This document shows positions 1 to 9,574 of a stretch of DNA of 64,000 nucleotides, piece after piece. Origin of the DNA: an uncultured Anaerolineaceae bacterium. GTDB taxonomy: Bacteria; Chloroflexota; Limnocylindria; Limnocylindrales; CSP1-4. Numbering within the stretch: position 1 is the stretch's first letter; each line of letters begins with the position of its first letter. The stretch spans positions 26,589-90,588 of the forward strand of contig CAZFGT010000003.1 of the NCBI GenBank assembly GCA_964518505.1. Direction: 5' to 3'. Below the pieces are notes generated by a model. That model was not told the DNA's origin. It was given only the letters and a program-made list of their open reading frames with translations, and did no database searches. Both the position numbers and the translations under genes were made by a program.

Positions 1-437
1 TGACGCCGGTGTGGCAGGCGCTGGGCGCCCATCCCGGCGCCATCGACTTGAGCGGTTTGGGCGTGGGCCTGCTGATCGCCGTCCTCGTCGTGCCGCCCAT
101 CCTGACCGTGCTGCTGGCCCTGCCGTTCTGGATGCTCTTCACGAAGCTGCGCTTCTGGCAGGCCCTCGTGATCGGCTTCCTCTGCTTCAACGCCCTGGTC
201 GGCGCGGCGGTCCTCATCTGGGCCGCCTTCAGCTTCGACGCGGTGATGGGCCTGCTCTGGTTCCTGGGCAAGACCTACGTCTTCGTCGTGATCTTCGTGT
301 GGATGCGCGCCACCCTGCCGCGCGTGCGCATCGACCAGCTGATGGGCTTCGCCTGGAAGTGGCTCCTGCCGGCCTCGCTGGCCAACCTGTTCGTGACCGC
401 CCTGGCCATCCTGATCATCGCCCAGGTGCGCGGATGA
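1..437 (+). CDS. nuoH: NADH-quinone oxidoreductase subunit H (C-terminal part; 5' end lies outside the window)
   Basis: ORF 9..437 carries the NuoH/ND1 C-terminal motifs ([19 protein letters not shown]) and several TM helices. Its TGA stop overlaps the next ATG (ATGA at 434-437). Confidence 0.88.
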   Translation, partial: TPVWQALGAHPGAIDLSGLGVGLLIAVLVVPPILTVLLALPFWMLFTKLRFWQALVIGFLCFNALVGAAVLIWAAFSFDAVMGLLWFLGKTYVFVVIFVWMRATLPRVRIDQLMGFAWKWLLPASLANLFVTALAILIIAQVRG

Positions 438-1267
438 GCTTCGTGCCCGGGCTGGGGATCCTCAAGGGGATGGCCCTCACCTTCCGCAACATGCTGCGCC
501 TCAAGCCCACGGTGCAGTACCCCGAGGAGGTGTACCCAGTCGCGCCGCGCCACCGCGGCCGCCTCCTGCTGCTCTATGACGAGGCCGGGGCGCTGAAATG
601 CGAGACCTGCTTCCAGTGCGCCCAGGCGTGCCCCATCGAGTGCATCGACATGGGCGGAGTGGACACGCGCGACCGCTACCACGTCCACTGGGGCCCCGCC
701 GAGCAGTACGGCGAACGCCGCGAGGAGTCGGCCCTGCGCCGCTCCGGCCGGCCGGTCCCCGATCCCACCGCGACGCCCTTCGAGCCCATCGACACGGCCG
801 CCCTCGACGCCATCCTGGCCGACGAGGGCTACGACCCGCGCCACATGTTGGCCATCCTGGGCCGCACCCAGGACGCCTACGGCCACCTGTCGGTCGCGGC
901 GCTCAAGCACATCAGCCATGCCACCGGCGCGTGGTACGCCGAGGTATACGGCACGGCCACCTTCTACGACCAGCTGCGCATGGCCCCGGCCGGCGGCCAT
1001 GTGCTGGCCATCTGCCGCTGCCCCAGCTGTACCTTCCGCGGCGCGGGCCGCGTGCTCGCTGCCGCGGAGGCGGCGGCCTCGACGACCCTCGGCGGCAGCA
1101 GCCCCGAGGGCGCCGTGCGGCTCGAAGCGGCGGCCTGCCACGGCGGCTCGCCGGGGGCCGCCTACGTGACGCTCGACGGCGCCGTCCAGGCCGAGCCGAC
1201 GGCCAGGGGCATCACCGATCTGCTGACCCGCCTGCGGGCCGGCCATGCGCCGGCGGGACGGGCCTGA
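434..1267 (+). CDS. NuoI-like (single [4Fe-4S] motif) fused to a NuoE-like thioredoxin-fold [2Fe-2S] domain
   Basis: The N-terminus aligns by eye to NuoI/Nqo9 ([33 protein letters not shown]). Only the first CxxCxxCxxxCP motif is present; the second is absent. The C-terminal half matches NuoE/Nqo2 ([29 protein letters not shown]). Start ATG 434 overlaps the nuoH stop; stop 1265-1267 lies 1 nt before the nuoF ATG. Confidence 0.75.
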   Translation: MSFVPGLGILKGMALTFRNMLRLKPTVQYPEEVYPVAPRHRGRLLLLYDEAGALKCETCFQCAQACPIECIDMGGVDTRDRYHVHWGPAEQYGERREESALRRSGRPVPDPTATPFEPIDTAALDAILADEGYDPRHMLAILGRTQDAYGHLSVAALKHISHATGAWYAEVYGTATFYDQLRMAPAGGHVLAICRCPSCTFRGAGRVLAAAEAAASTTLGGSSPEGAVRLEAAACHGGSPGAAYVTLDGAVQAEPTARGITDLLTRLRAGHAPAGRA

Positions 1268-1268
1268 G

Positions 1269-2597
1269 ATGACCGCCCCCATCCTGCGCCAGCCGGCCGG
1301 CTGGCCGTCGGTGCTCCTCGCCCGAGCCGCCAAGCTCGACGCCCGGGCCGATCTGGCCGAGGCGGAGAAGCTGGGCGCCTGGGCCGCCTGGAAGGCGGCC
1401 GTCCGACAGGGCCCGGAGGCGGTGGTGCGGGCCGTCAGCGACGCCGGCCTGCGGGGCCGTGGCGGGGCCGGCTATCCCACGGCCGACAAGTGGCGCGCCG
1501 TGCGTGCGCAGCCCGCCCTGGTCCGCTACGCCGTGGCCAACGGCTACGAGGCCGATCCGGGTGTCGTCGTCGACCGCACGCTGATGGAAGCTGACCCCCA
1601 CGCCGTGCTGGAGGGCCTGGCCCTCGCCGCCTTTGCCGTCGGCGCCCAGGAGGCCTTCCTCGTCGTGCGCGCCGACGCGAGTGCCGCCATCGAGCGGCTC
1701 ACGGCGGCGCTCGAGGCGGCCGTGGCGGCGGGCTACCTGGGCGACGACGTGCTCGGCAGCGGCGTGACCGTGGAGATCCAGATCCGGCCGCTGGAGGGCG
1801 GCTTCGTGCTCGGCGAGGAGACCGTCCTGCTGAAGGCGCTGGAGGGCAAGCGGGGCGTGCCGGAGCAGCGGCCGCCGTACCCCTCTGAGCGTGGCCTTTT
1901 CGGGGCCCCCACCGCGGTCAACAACGTGGCCACCCTGGCGAGCGTGCCCTGGCTGCTCATCAACGGGCCGGCCACGTTCCGGGCCATCGGCGATCCGGAC
2001 TACCCGGGCACCGTCCTCGTGCAGCTCAGTGGCGCCGTCCATCGGCCGGGCGTGGCCGAGGTGCCCACCGGCACGCCCCTCGCCGTGGTCATCGACAAGG
2101 CCGGCGGCGGCGCGACCGGGCAGCTCAAGGCGGCCCTCGTGGGTGGCCCCTCGGGCGGCTTCCTGCCCCCCGACGCCCTGGCCACGCCCCTCGCGCCCGA
2201 CGCGCTCGAAGCGGCGGGGGCGATCATGGGCTCGGGCTCCCTGCTCGTGCTCGACGAGCACGCCTGCATCGTCGAGCTGGCGACGCTCATGGAGCGCTTC
2301 ATGAACGACGAGTCGTGCGGCAAATGCATCCCCTGCCGCATCGGCACGCGCCGCCTCACGGAGATCGGCGAGCGCTTCATGAGCGGCCGTCCGCGGCCCA
2401 CCGACACGGGCCTCCTGCTGGACCTGGCGGCCGATGTCCGGGATGGCTCGCTGTGCGGCCACGGCATCACGGCCCCCAATCCGCTCACATCCGGGATGCG
2501 ATACTTCGGCCAGGAATTCGACGACCACATCGTGCGCGGCCGGTGCGCCGCCGGGGTGTGCAAGCCCCTGCGCGTCGCCGCCGGAGCCGCCCGATGA
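1269..2597 (+). CDS. nuoF: NADH-quinone oxidoreductase subunit F (51 kDa, FMN/NADH-binding)
   Basis: GLRGRGGAGYPT FMN/NADH-site motif and ESCGKCIPCRIG [4Fe-4S] (N3) motif. The ORF frame holds a conserved length of about 440 aa. Start chosen at MTAPIL (ATG 1269), immediately after the upstream stop. Confidence 0.9.
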   Translation: MTAPILRQPAGWPSVLLARAAKLDARADLAEAEKLGAWAAWKAAVRQGPEAVVRAVSDAGLRGRGGAGYPTADKWRAVRAQPALVRYAVANGYEADPGVVVDRTLMEADPHAVLEGLALAAFAVGAQEAFLVVRADASAAIERLTAALEAAVAAGYLGDDVLGSGVTVEIQIRPLEGGFVLGEETVLLKALEGKRGVPEQRPPYPSERGLFGAPTAVNNVATLASVPWLLINGPATFRAIGDPDYPGTVLVQLSGAVHRPGVAEVPTGTPLAVVIDKAGGGATGQLKAALVGGPSGGFLPPDALATPLAPDALEAAGAIMGSGSLLVLDEHACIVELATLMERFMNDESCGKCIPCRIGTRRLTEIGERFMSGRPRPTDTGLLLDLAADVRDGSLCGHGITAPNPLTSGMRYFGQEFDDHIVRGRCAAGVCKPLRVAAGAAR

Positions 2598-2631
2598 GCC
2601 CGTCCCTCGCCAGCCAAGGACCTGTCCGCGC

Positions 2632-5199
2632 ATGACCGACCTGCTGCCTGCGCCGACCGCCGCCCAGGACTCGCTCGCCGACCGCCTGCTCGAGACGCAG
2701 GCGCCGCAGCGCCCCCAGGTCAGCCCCGCCATCACCATCGAGGTGGACGGCCGGCAGATCACCGGTCGCGAGGGCCAGACGATCCTGGAGCTGTGCCGCG
2801 ACAACGGCATCGAGATCCCCACCCTCTGCTACGAGCCCAAGCTGCCGGGCTTCGGGGCCTGCCGCATGTGCGTCGTGGACCTGGCCGGGGAGGATCAGCC
2901 GCCCATCAGCTGCTCGCGCGCCGCCGAGGCGGGCATGGTCGTGCAGACACAGACCGCGCGGATCCGCCAGCTGCGCAAGACCAACCTGGAGCTGATCTTC
3001 AGCGACCACAACGCCTACTGCCTGCCGCCGTGCCAGAACAAGTGCCCCAGCCACATCGACATCCCGGGCTTCCTGAAGGCCAACACGGAAGGCAACTTCG
3101 TCGAGTCGGCGCGCATCTTCAAGCGCACCATCCCCTTCCCCAGCATCCTGGGGCGGGTCTGCCCCGCGCCGTGCGAGGAGCACTGCCGCCGCGACGAGGT
3201 GGACGAGGCGATCGCCATCCGCGACAGCCACCGCTACGCCGGCGACCAGGTCCTCAAGGCGCTGGGCCGGGGCCAGAAGGCGCCCGTGCCGTTCGAGGTG
3301 CAGGCACCGTCGGGCAAGCGGGTGGCGGTCATCGGCTCGGGCCCGGCGGGCGCCTCGGCCGCCTACTACCTGGCCATCGCCGGCCACGAGGTGACGATCT
3401 TCGAGCGTGACCCGGCGCCCGGCGGCATGCTGCGCTACGGCATCCCGCAGTACCGCCTGCCCAAGGACGAGGTGCTGGCCGGGGAGTACGAGAGCCTCAC
3501 CGACCTGGGCATCCGCATGGTCTGCGACCGCGCCCTGGGCCGCGACTTCACCGTCGACGACCTGCAGAACCAGGGCTTCGATGCGGTCTGCGTGGCCATC
3601 GGCTGCTACGACACGAACAAGCTCGGCGTGCCCGGCGAGGACGCCCCCGACGTGCTCGACGGCCTGGAGTACCTGCGCATCGCCACGCTCGGTCTGCCCT
3701 ACCCCGGCCACAAGGGCAAGCGGGTGGTCGTCATCGGCGGCGGTTTCACCTCCATGGACTGCACCCGCACGTCGCTGCGGCAGGGCGCCAGTGAGGTCAC
3801 GCTCGTCTACCGCCGCGACATGAAGGAGATGTCGGCCGCCAACGAGGTCCACGAGGCCATCGAGGAGGGCGCGCGGGCCATCTTCCAGGCGGCCCCCACG
3901 CGCGTCCTGTCCGACGCCAAGGGCAAGGTCACGGGGGTGGAGTTCATCCGCATGCGGCTCGGCGCCCCGGACGAGAAGGGCCGCCGCCGACCGGAGCCGG
4001 TCGAGGGCACCGAGTTCACCATCCCCTGCGACCGCGTCCTGCTGGCCATCGGCCAGGGCCCCGACCTCACCTGGCTCGACCACGGCTCCGACGGCCTGGC
4101 CGCCTCCAAGCAGCGACGCCTGCAGGCCGACGCCGTCACCTTCGCCACCGGGCGGGCCGGCGTCTTCGCCACGGGCGACGTGCGCGTCGGCGCCACCACG
4201 GTCGTCCAGGCCGTGGGCGAGGGCCGCCGCTCGGCGTACGCCATCGATGCGTACCTCAAGGGCCACGACCTGGAGGCGATCCGGACGCGCCAGACGCTGG
4301 CCGAGCCGCAGCCCGAGTTCCTCTCCATCGTGCCCTACACCGACGAGCGCAAGGAACCGCGCCTGCGGCTGAAGTCGATGGCGCCCGAGGTGCGCAAGCA
4401 GAGCTACATCGAATACGAGATCCCTTACACGCAGCAGGAGGCGATGAGCGAGTCGGGGCGCTGCCTGCAGTGCACCTGCGAAGCGATCGGCTTCTGCGAT
4501 CTGCGCCGTCAGGGCATCGAGTACGGCACGACGCTGCCGACCCTGGAGCCGGCGCGGACGGGCCTGTCCTTCCGCTCGGTGACCGAGAACCGCTTCACCG
4601 GTCACAACCACGACTACATCCGCGACGACAGCCACGCCTTCATCCTGCGGGAGCCGTCGCGCTGCATCGACTGCGGCCGCTGCGCCAACGTGTGCAAGGA
4701 GGTCGTGGGGGCGGCCTGCTACGACTTCATGCGTACGGGCTTCGACACGCTCGTCACGACGCCCCTCGACATGAGCCTCAACACGACCCCCTGCGTGAGT
4801 TGCGGGCGGTGCGCCGAGACGTGCCCGACGGGCGCGCTGATGCCCAAGCCGCGGGTGCTGGAGCGCTACGACGTCGACGAGAGCCGCTGCATCCTGTGTG
4901 GCATCTGTGTCGATGCGTGCCCCTATGACGCGCTGCGCTGCGGGCCCGACTTCGAGCTCTCCCACGAGAGCCGGGCCGAGCCCCTGATCGACCTGCTGGC
5001 CATCAGCGCCATCGAGCACACCAGCGAGGTCACCTACATCCAGCGCGAACGCGACTGGCTGACGCGGGCCCAGGCGGCGGGCCGGTCGGTCGACGCCGGG
5101 CGCCTCCTGCCGGTCCTGCCGGCCAGCGTGCGCGGCAACGGCCACGGTAACGGGCTGGGCAACGGCCACGGCGACGGCCACGCGTCCGACGCCTCCTAG
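2632..5199 (+). CDS. NuoG-position subunit: NuoG-type [2Fe-2S] N-domain + GltD-like FAD/NAD(P)H flavoprotein + 2x[4Fe-4S] ferredoxin; lacks the molybdopterin-like domain
   Basis: The N-terminus (ITIEVDGRQI..LCYEPKL..GACRMCVV) matches the NuoG/Nqo3 ferredoxin domain. The middle matches the glutamate synthase small subunit (CLPPCQNKCP, GRVCPAPCEEHC, KRVAVIGSGPAG, KRVVVIGGGFTSMDC, GRRRPEP). The C-terminus has CIDCGRCANVC, CVSCGRCAETCP and CILCGICVDACP motifs and a His/Gly tail (GNGHGNGLGNGHGDGH). Start ATG 2632 is the first in-frame ATG after the nuoF stop at 2597. Confidence 0.8.
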   Translation: MTDLLPAPTAAQDSLADRLLETQAPQRPQVSPAITIEVDGRQITGREGQTILELCRDNGIEIPTLCYEPKLPGFGACRMCVVDLAGEDQPPISCSRAAEAGMVVQTQTARIRQLRKTNLELIFSDHNAYCLPPCQNKCPSHIDIPGFLKANTEGNFVESARIFKRTIPFPSILGRVCPAPCEEHCRRDEVDEAIAIRDSHRYAGDQVLKALGRGQKAPVPFEVQAPSGKRVAVIGSGPAGASAAYYLAIAGHEVTIFERDPAPGGMLRYGIPQYRLPKDEVLAGEYESLTDLGIRMVCDRALGRDFTVDDLQNQGFDAVCVAIGCYDTNKLGVPGEDAPDVLDGLEYLRIATLGLPYPGHKGKRVVVIGGGFTSMDCTRTSLRQGASEVTLVYRRDMKEMSAANEVHEAIEEGARAIFQAAPTRVLSDAKGKVTGVEFIRMRLGAPDEKGRRRPEPVEGTEFTIPCDRVLLAIGQGPDLTWLDHGSDGLAASKQRRLQADAVTFATGRAGVFATGDVRVGATTVVQAVGEGRRSAYAIDAYLKGHDLEAIRTRQTLAEPQPEFLSIVPYTDERKEPRLRLKSMAPEVRKQSYIEYEIPYTQQEAMSESGRCLQCTCEAIGFCDLRRQGIEYGTTLPTLEPARTGLSFRSVTENRFTGHNHDYIRDDSHAFILREPSRCIDCGRCANVCKEVVGAACYDFMRTGFDTLVTTPLDMSLNTTPCVSCGRCAETCPTGALMPKPRVLERYDVDESRCILCGICVDACPYDALRCGPDFELSHESRAEPLIDLLAISAIEHTSEVTYIQRERDWLTRAQAAGRSVDAGRLLPVLPASVRGNGHGNGLGNGHGDGHASDAS

Positions 5200-5205
5200 G
5201 TCGCC

Positions 5206-5760
5206 ATGCTGAGCATCCCCTCCACGATCCCGCTGCTCGGCTGGACCTGGAACGACCTGCTGTTCCTGATCCTGGCCGGCGGCCTCCTGGGCTCGGCCCT
5301 CATGGTCGTCCTGGGGCGGGACATCATCCGCTGCGGCCTGTGGATGATCGTCTGCTTCCTGTTCCTGGCCGGCCTCTACGTGCTGCTGGGCAATCCGCTC
5401 GTGGCCGGCGCGCAGGTGCTGGTCTACATCGGCGCCATCAGCGTGCTGATCCTCTTCGCCGTCATGCTCACCCAGTCCAAGGCCGGCCCGGCGCGCCTGG
5501 TCTTCCACCACCAGGCGTGGGCCGCCGCCCTGGCCGCGATCGGCCTGGCCGTGGTGCTGGTGATCGTCGACGGGGCCACCAGCTGGCCGCTGGCCCAGCC
5601 GGACCGCACCGCGACGGCGACCACCGACGTCGCCTCGAAGCTCTTCAGTGACTTTGTGCTGCCGTTCGAGGTGGTCAGCGTGCTCCTGCTGGCGGCCGTC
5701 ATCGGCGGCGTCTTCCTGGCCAAGAAAGATGACGCGCCTCGCTCCGACAGCGACATATGA
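5206..5760 (+). CDS. nuoJ: NADH-quinone oxidoreductase subunit J
   Basis: 184-aa polytopic protein with a NuoJ/ND6-like profile (…[16 protein letters not shown]…), positioned before nuoK with an ATGA overlap. Confidence 0.8.
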   Translation: MLSIPSTIPLLGWTWNDLLFLILAGGLLGSALMVVLGRDIIRCGLWMIVCFLFLAGLYVLLGNPLVAGAQVLVYIGAISVLILFAVMLTQSKAGPARLVFHHQAWAAALAAIGLAVVLVIVDGATSWPLAQPDRTATATTDVASKLFSDFVLPFEVVSVLLLAAVIGGVFLAKKDDAPRSDSDI

Positions 5761-6068
5761 GCCAGAACCTCGACGCCTACCTCGTCCTCTCGGCGCTCCT
5801 CTTCTGTATCGGCGTCTTCGGCTTCCTGGCCCGGCGCAACGCGATCTCCATGCTCATGTGCATCGAGCTGATGCTCAACGCGGTGAACCTGGCCATCCTG
5901 GCCTTCGGCGCGTTCGTGCCGTCGCTGCACGGCAACGCCGCGGTCATCGCCCTCATCGTCATGGCCGTGGCGGCCGGCGAGGCGACCGTGGGCCTGGCCA
6001 TCGTCATCGCCATCTACCGCAACCGGCGCACGCCGCTGGTCGATGAGTACGCCCAGATGCGTGACTGA
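5757..6068 (+). CDS. nuoK: NADH-quinone oxidoreductase subunit K
   Basis: 103 aa with three TM helices and conserved NuoK/ND4L motifs ([12 protein letters not shown]…ELMLNAVNL…EATVGLAIV). Confidence 0.9.
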   Translation: MSQNLDAYLVLSALLFCIGVFGFLARRNAISMLMCIELMLNAVNLAILAFGAFVPSLHGNAAVIALIVMAVAAGEATVGLAIVIAIYRNRRTPLVDEYAQMRD

Positions 6069-6071
6069 GCG

Positions 6072-8036
6072 GTGACCCAGCTGACGGTCCTGCTCCTGCT
6101 CCTGCCGGTGGCCGGCTTCGCCATCACGGCACTCGTCGGGCGACGCCTTGGGGCGAGCTCGTGGGTGCCTGCCGTGGCGGCCATCGTGGCCACCTGGGCC
6201 GTGGCCATGGTCGTCGTCTACGGCCAGCTGAGCGGCGGCAACGGCGACACGGGCCTGCAGGTCACGCTCTACCGCTGGATCCCGGCCGGCGCCTTCACCA
6301 TCGACTTCAACCTGGCGGTGGACAACCTGACCGCGGCGCTGCTCATCGTGGTCACCACGGTAGGCATGCTGGTCCACGTCTACTCGATCGGCTACATGGC
6401 CCACGACCCGGGCCGGTGGCGCTTCTTCGCCTACCTCAACTTCTTCATGTTCAGCATGCTGCTGCTGGTCCTGGCGGGCAACTTCCTGCTGCTGTTCGCG
6501 GCGTGGGAGCTGGTCGGCCTGTCGAGCTACCTGCTCATCGGCTTCTGGTACCGGCGGCACAGCGCGGCCCTGGCAGCCAAGAAGGCCTTCCTGGTCAACC
6601 GCGTCGGCGACGTCGGCTTCGCCCTCGGCATCATGGCCGTCTGGTCGACCGTGGGGACGCTCAACTTCACCGATGTGTTCAACCTCCTGCCGGCCAAGCT
6701 GGCCAGCGGCGCCATCCAGCCCTGGGAGATGACCGGCATCGCCCTGCTGCTCTTCTGCGGGGCGGTCGGCAAGAGCGCCCAGTTCCCCCTCCACGTCTGG
6801 CTGCCCGACGCGATGGAGGGCCCCACGCCCGTGAGCGCCCTGATCCATGCGGCGACCATGGTCAACGCCGGCGTCTACTTCGTGGCCCGGGCCAACCCCA
6901 TCTTCAGCCAGAGCGGGTCGGCCATGGTCATCGTCGCCGCGATCGGCATCTTCACGGCCCTGCTGGCCGCCTCGATCGCCCTGACCCAGACCGACATCAA
7001 GCGCGTCCTGGCCTACTCCACGCTGAGCCAGCTGGGCTACATGTTCGCGGCCCTCGGCGTGGGCGCCTACGTGGCCGCCATCTTCCATCTCATGGCCCAC
7101 GGCTTCTTCAAGGGCCTGCTGTTCCTCGATTCGGGCTCGGTCATCCACGGCGTGCACGACGAGCAGGACATGAACCGCATGGGCGGCCTGTGGCGGAAGC
7201 TGCCGGTGACCCACGCCACGATGCTCGTGGGCACCCTGGCCATCGCCGGCATCCCGCCGCTGGCAGGCTTCTTCAGCAAGGATGAGATCCTGGGCCAGAG
7301 CTTCAAGGCCGGCTTCCTGTGGGTCTGGATCGTGGGCATCGGGGTGGCCGGCCTGACCGCCTTCTACATGTTCCGGCTCATGGGCAAGACGTTCTACGGG
7401 CCCAGCCACGTCGACCCGGCCGTGGAACCGCAGGTCCACGAGTCGCCGCGCTCGATGACGGTGCCGCTCGTCCTGCTGGCCATCCCGTCGGCCCTGCTCG
7501 GCCTGGGTCTGGGCCTGCCGTTCGGCGCCGGCGCGATCTCCAGCTGGCTCGATCCGGTCTTCGCCCACGCGGAGCAGACCCTGGGCCGCAGCCCCGAGTC
7601 GTTCAGCCTCTTCGGCCTCGACGGCGCCCTGATCCTCATCAGCGTCACCGTGGCGGCCGTGGGCACGATCGCCGGCATGCGGCTGTTCGGCTTCCACTGG
7701 CCGTTCACGGCGCGCGAGACGGCGCCTCTGCCCGATCGGGTGGCGGCCATCACCGCCCGCCTGCGGCCGCTCTACACGGCGTCGTTCCACAAGTGGTGGT
7801 TCGACGACCTCAACGACCTGATCTTCGTGCGCTTCGGCAGCCGCCTGGCCAACGGGGCGTGGTGGTTCGACCGCACGGTCGTCGACGGCACCGTCAACGG
7901 CACCGGGCGCTTCATCCAGCGCACCGGTCGCGAGGTGCGCCAGATCCAGACCGGCCACGTCCAGAACTACGCCCTGGGCATCGCCCTCGGCCTGCTCGTG
8001 GTGGCCGGCGGCTACCTGCTCCTGGCGGGCCGCTGA
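6072..8036 (+). CDS. nuoL: NADH-quinone oxidoreductase subunit L
   Basis: 654-aa antiporter-like subunit (WEL/GLSSYLLIGFW, long C-terminal extension). GTG start 4 nt after the nuoK stop. Confidence 0.9.
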   Translation: MTQLTVLLLLLPVAGFAITALVGRRLGASSWVPAVAAIVATWAVAMVVVYGQLSGGNGDTGLQVTLYRWIPAGAFTIDFNLAVDNLTAALLIVVTTVGMLVHVYSIGYMAHDPGRWRFFAYLNFFMFSMLLLVLAGNFLLLFAAWELVGLSSYLLIGFWYRRHSAALAAKKAFLVNRVGDVGFALGIMAVWSTVGTLNFTDVFNLLPAKLASGAIQPWEMTGIALLLFCGAVGKSAQFPLHVWLPDAMEGPTPVSALIHAATMVNAGVYFVARANPIFSQSGSAMVIVAAIGIFTALLAASIALTQTDIKRVLAYSTLSQLGYMFAALGVGAYVAAIFHLMAHGFFKGLLFLDSGSVIHGVHDEQDMNRMGGLWRKLPVTHATMLVGTLAIAGIPPLAGFFSKDEILGQSFKAGFLWVWIVGIGVAGLTAFYMFRLMGKTFYGPSHVDPAVEPQVHESPRSMTVPLVLLAIPSALLGLGLGLPFGAGAISSWLDPVFAHAEQTLGRSPESFSLFGLDGALILISVTVAAVGTIAGMRLFGFHWPFTARETAPLPDRVAAITARLRPLYTASFHKWWFDDLNDLIFVRFGSRLANGAWWFDRTVVDGTVNGTGRFIQRTGREVRQIQTGHVQNYALGIALGLLVVAGGYLLLAGR

Positions 8037-9574
8037 TGGCCGGCCTGCCCCTCCTCGCGCTGGTCGTCTTCAGCCCGCTCGTCGGCGCGCTGCTCATCGC
8101 CTTCATGCCGCGCGACCGCGTGGTGCTCATCCGCCGGCTGGCCCTGGCCACGGCCCTTGTCAGCTTCGGCTTCTCGCTGCTCCTGCTGATCGGCTTCAAC
8201 GGCGCCGCGTCGGATGCCGGGGGCTTCCGCTTCGTCGAGACGGCGACGTGGGTACCCGCCTTCGGCATCCAGTTCAAGCTGGGCGTGGACGGCATCAGCC
8301 TGCTGCTGGTGGTGCTCACCACGCTGCTCACGTGGATCAGCATCCTGGCCAGCTTCGGCCCCATCCGGGAGCGGGTGAAGGAGTACATGATCTCCTTCCT
8401 CATCCTCGAGGTGGGCATGCTGGGCGTCTTCCTGGCGCTCGACCTCTTCCTCTTCTACGTCTTCTGGGAAGTGGTCCTCGTGCCGATGTACCTCATCATC
8501 GGCATCTGGGGCGGGCCCAACCGCATCTACGCCACGATCAAGTTCGTCCTCTACACGCTGGTCGGCTCGCTGCTCATGCTGGTGGCCATCCTGGCCACCG
8601 CGTTCGCCTTCGCCTCCGCCCACGGCGGCGACTTCACGGGCGCCTTCGACTACGAGCAGCTGCGCGGCTTCCCCTTCACCGACGTGCTCCAGACCGGCGC
8701 CTTCCTGGCCTTCTTCCTGGCCTTCGCCATCAAGGTGCCGATGGTGCCCTTCCACACATGGCTGCCCGACGCGCACGTGGAGGCGCCCACCGCCGGCTCG
8801 GTGATCCTGGCCGGCGTCCTGCTCAAGCTCGGCGCCTATGGCTTCATCCGCTTCTCGCTGCCCCTCTTCCCGCACGCGGCGCAGTCGTTCGCGGTGCCCA
8901 TCGTGGTGCTGTCGCTGATCGCCATCATCTATGGCGCGATCGTGGCCCTGGTCCAGACCGACCTGAAGAAGCTCATCGCTTACTCGTCGGTGAGCCACAT
9001 GGGCTTCGTGACCCTGGGCATCTTCATCTTCCAGCAGCAGGGCCTCCAGGGCGCGGTGCTCCAGATGGTCAACCACGGGCTCATCACGGGCGCCCTCTTC
9101 CTGCTGGTCGGCGTCATCTACGAGCGCGGCCATGACCGCACCATCGCGCGGATGGGTGGCCTGGCCGGTGCGACACCGGTGTACGCCGTGGCCTTCGGCT
9201 TCTTCATGCTGGCCAGCGTCGGCCTGCCCGGCCTGGCCGGCTTCGTGGGTGAGTTCCTGGTCTTCCAGGGCTCGTTCGTGGCCTGGCCCCTGTACGCGGC
9301 CATCGCCGTGCTGGTCATGACGCTGGGGGCGGCCTACCTGCTGTGGCTGTACCAGCGGATGTTCACCGGCGAGCTGTCCGACTTCTTCCGCGGCCTGGGC
9401 GACCACCTGACCGACCTGAGCCCGGTGGAGGTCATGACGCTCGTGCCCCTGGGCACGCTGGTGCTCCTGCTGGGCCTCTTCCCGGGGCTCGCCCTTGGCG
9501 TCATCCAGGGACCCACGGACAGCGTCCTCAACGCCGTCCATGGCACCGTGACCGCCCTGGCGGGCACCCCGTGA
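8036..9574 (+). CDS. nuoM: NADH-quinone oxidoreductase subunit M
   Basis: 512-aa NuoM/ND4-like antiporter subunit (FFLAFAIKVPMVPFHTWLPDAHVEAPT). ATG overlaps the nuoL TGA. Confidence 0.9.
   Translation: MAGLPLLALVVFSPLVGALLIAFMPRDRVVLIRRLALATALVSFGFSLLLLIGFNGAASDAGGFRFVETATWVPAFGIQFKLGVDGISLLLVVLTTLLTWISILASFGPIRERVKEYMISFLILEVGMLGVFLALDLFLFYVFWEVVLVPMYLIIGIWGGPNRIYATIKFVLYTLVGSLLMLVAILATAFAFASAHGGDFTGAFDYEQLRGFPFTDVLQTGAFLAFFLAFAIKVPMVPFHTWLPDAHVEAPTAGSVILAGVLLKLGAYGFIRFSLPLFPHAAQSFAVPIVVLSLIAIIYGAIVALVQTDLKKLIAYSSVSHMGFVTLGIFIFQQQGLQGAVLQMVNHGLITGALFLLVGVIYERGHDRTIARMGGLAGATPVYAVAFGFFMLASVGLPGLAGFVGEFLVFQGSFVAWPLYAAIAVLVMTLGAAYLLWLYQRMFTGELSDFFRGLGDHLTDLSPVEVMTLVPLGTLVLLLGLFPGLALGVIQGPTDSVLNAVHGTVTALAGTP

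Noticed and set aside
2485-5511. 1008-aa ORF antisense to the NuoG-like gene. Similar long antisense ORFs include 275..1333, 5424..7958, 8012..9541, 15406..17661, 36413..37858, 45371..47074, 47008..48927, 54805..56550 and 60652..62694.
   Set aside because: They are Arg/Gly/Ala/Pro-rich and low-complexity, with no recognisable domains. Each lies opposite a well-supported gene. They are typical stop-codon-poor antisense frames in ~70% GC DNA.
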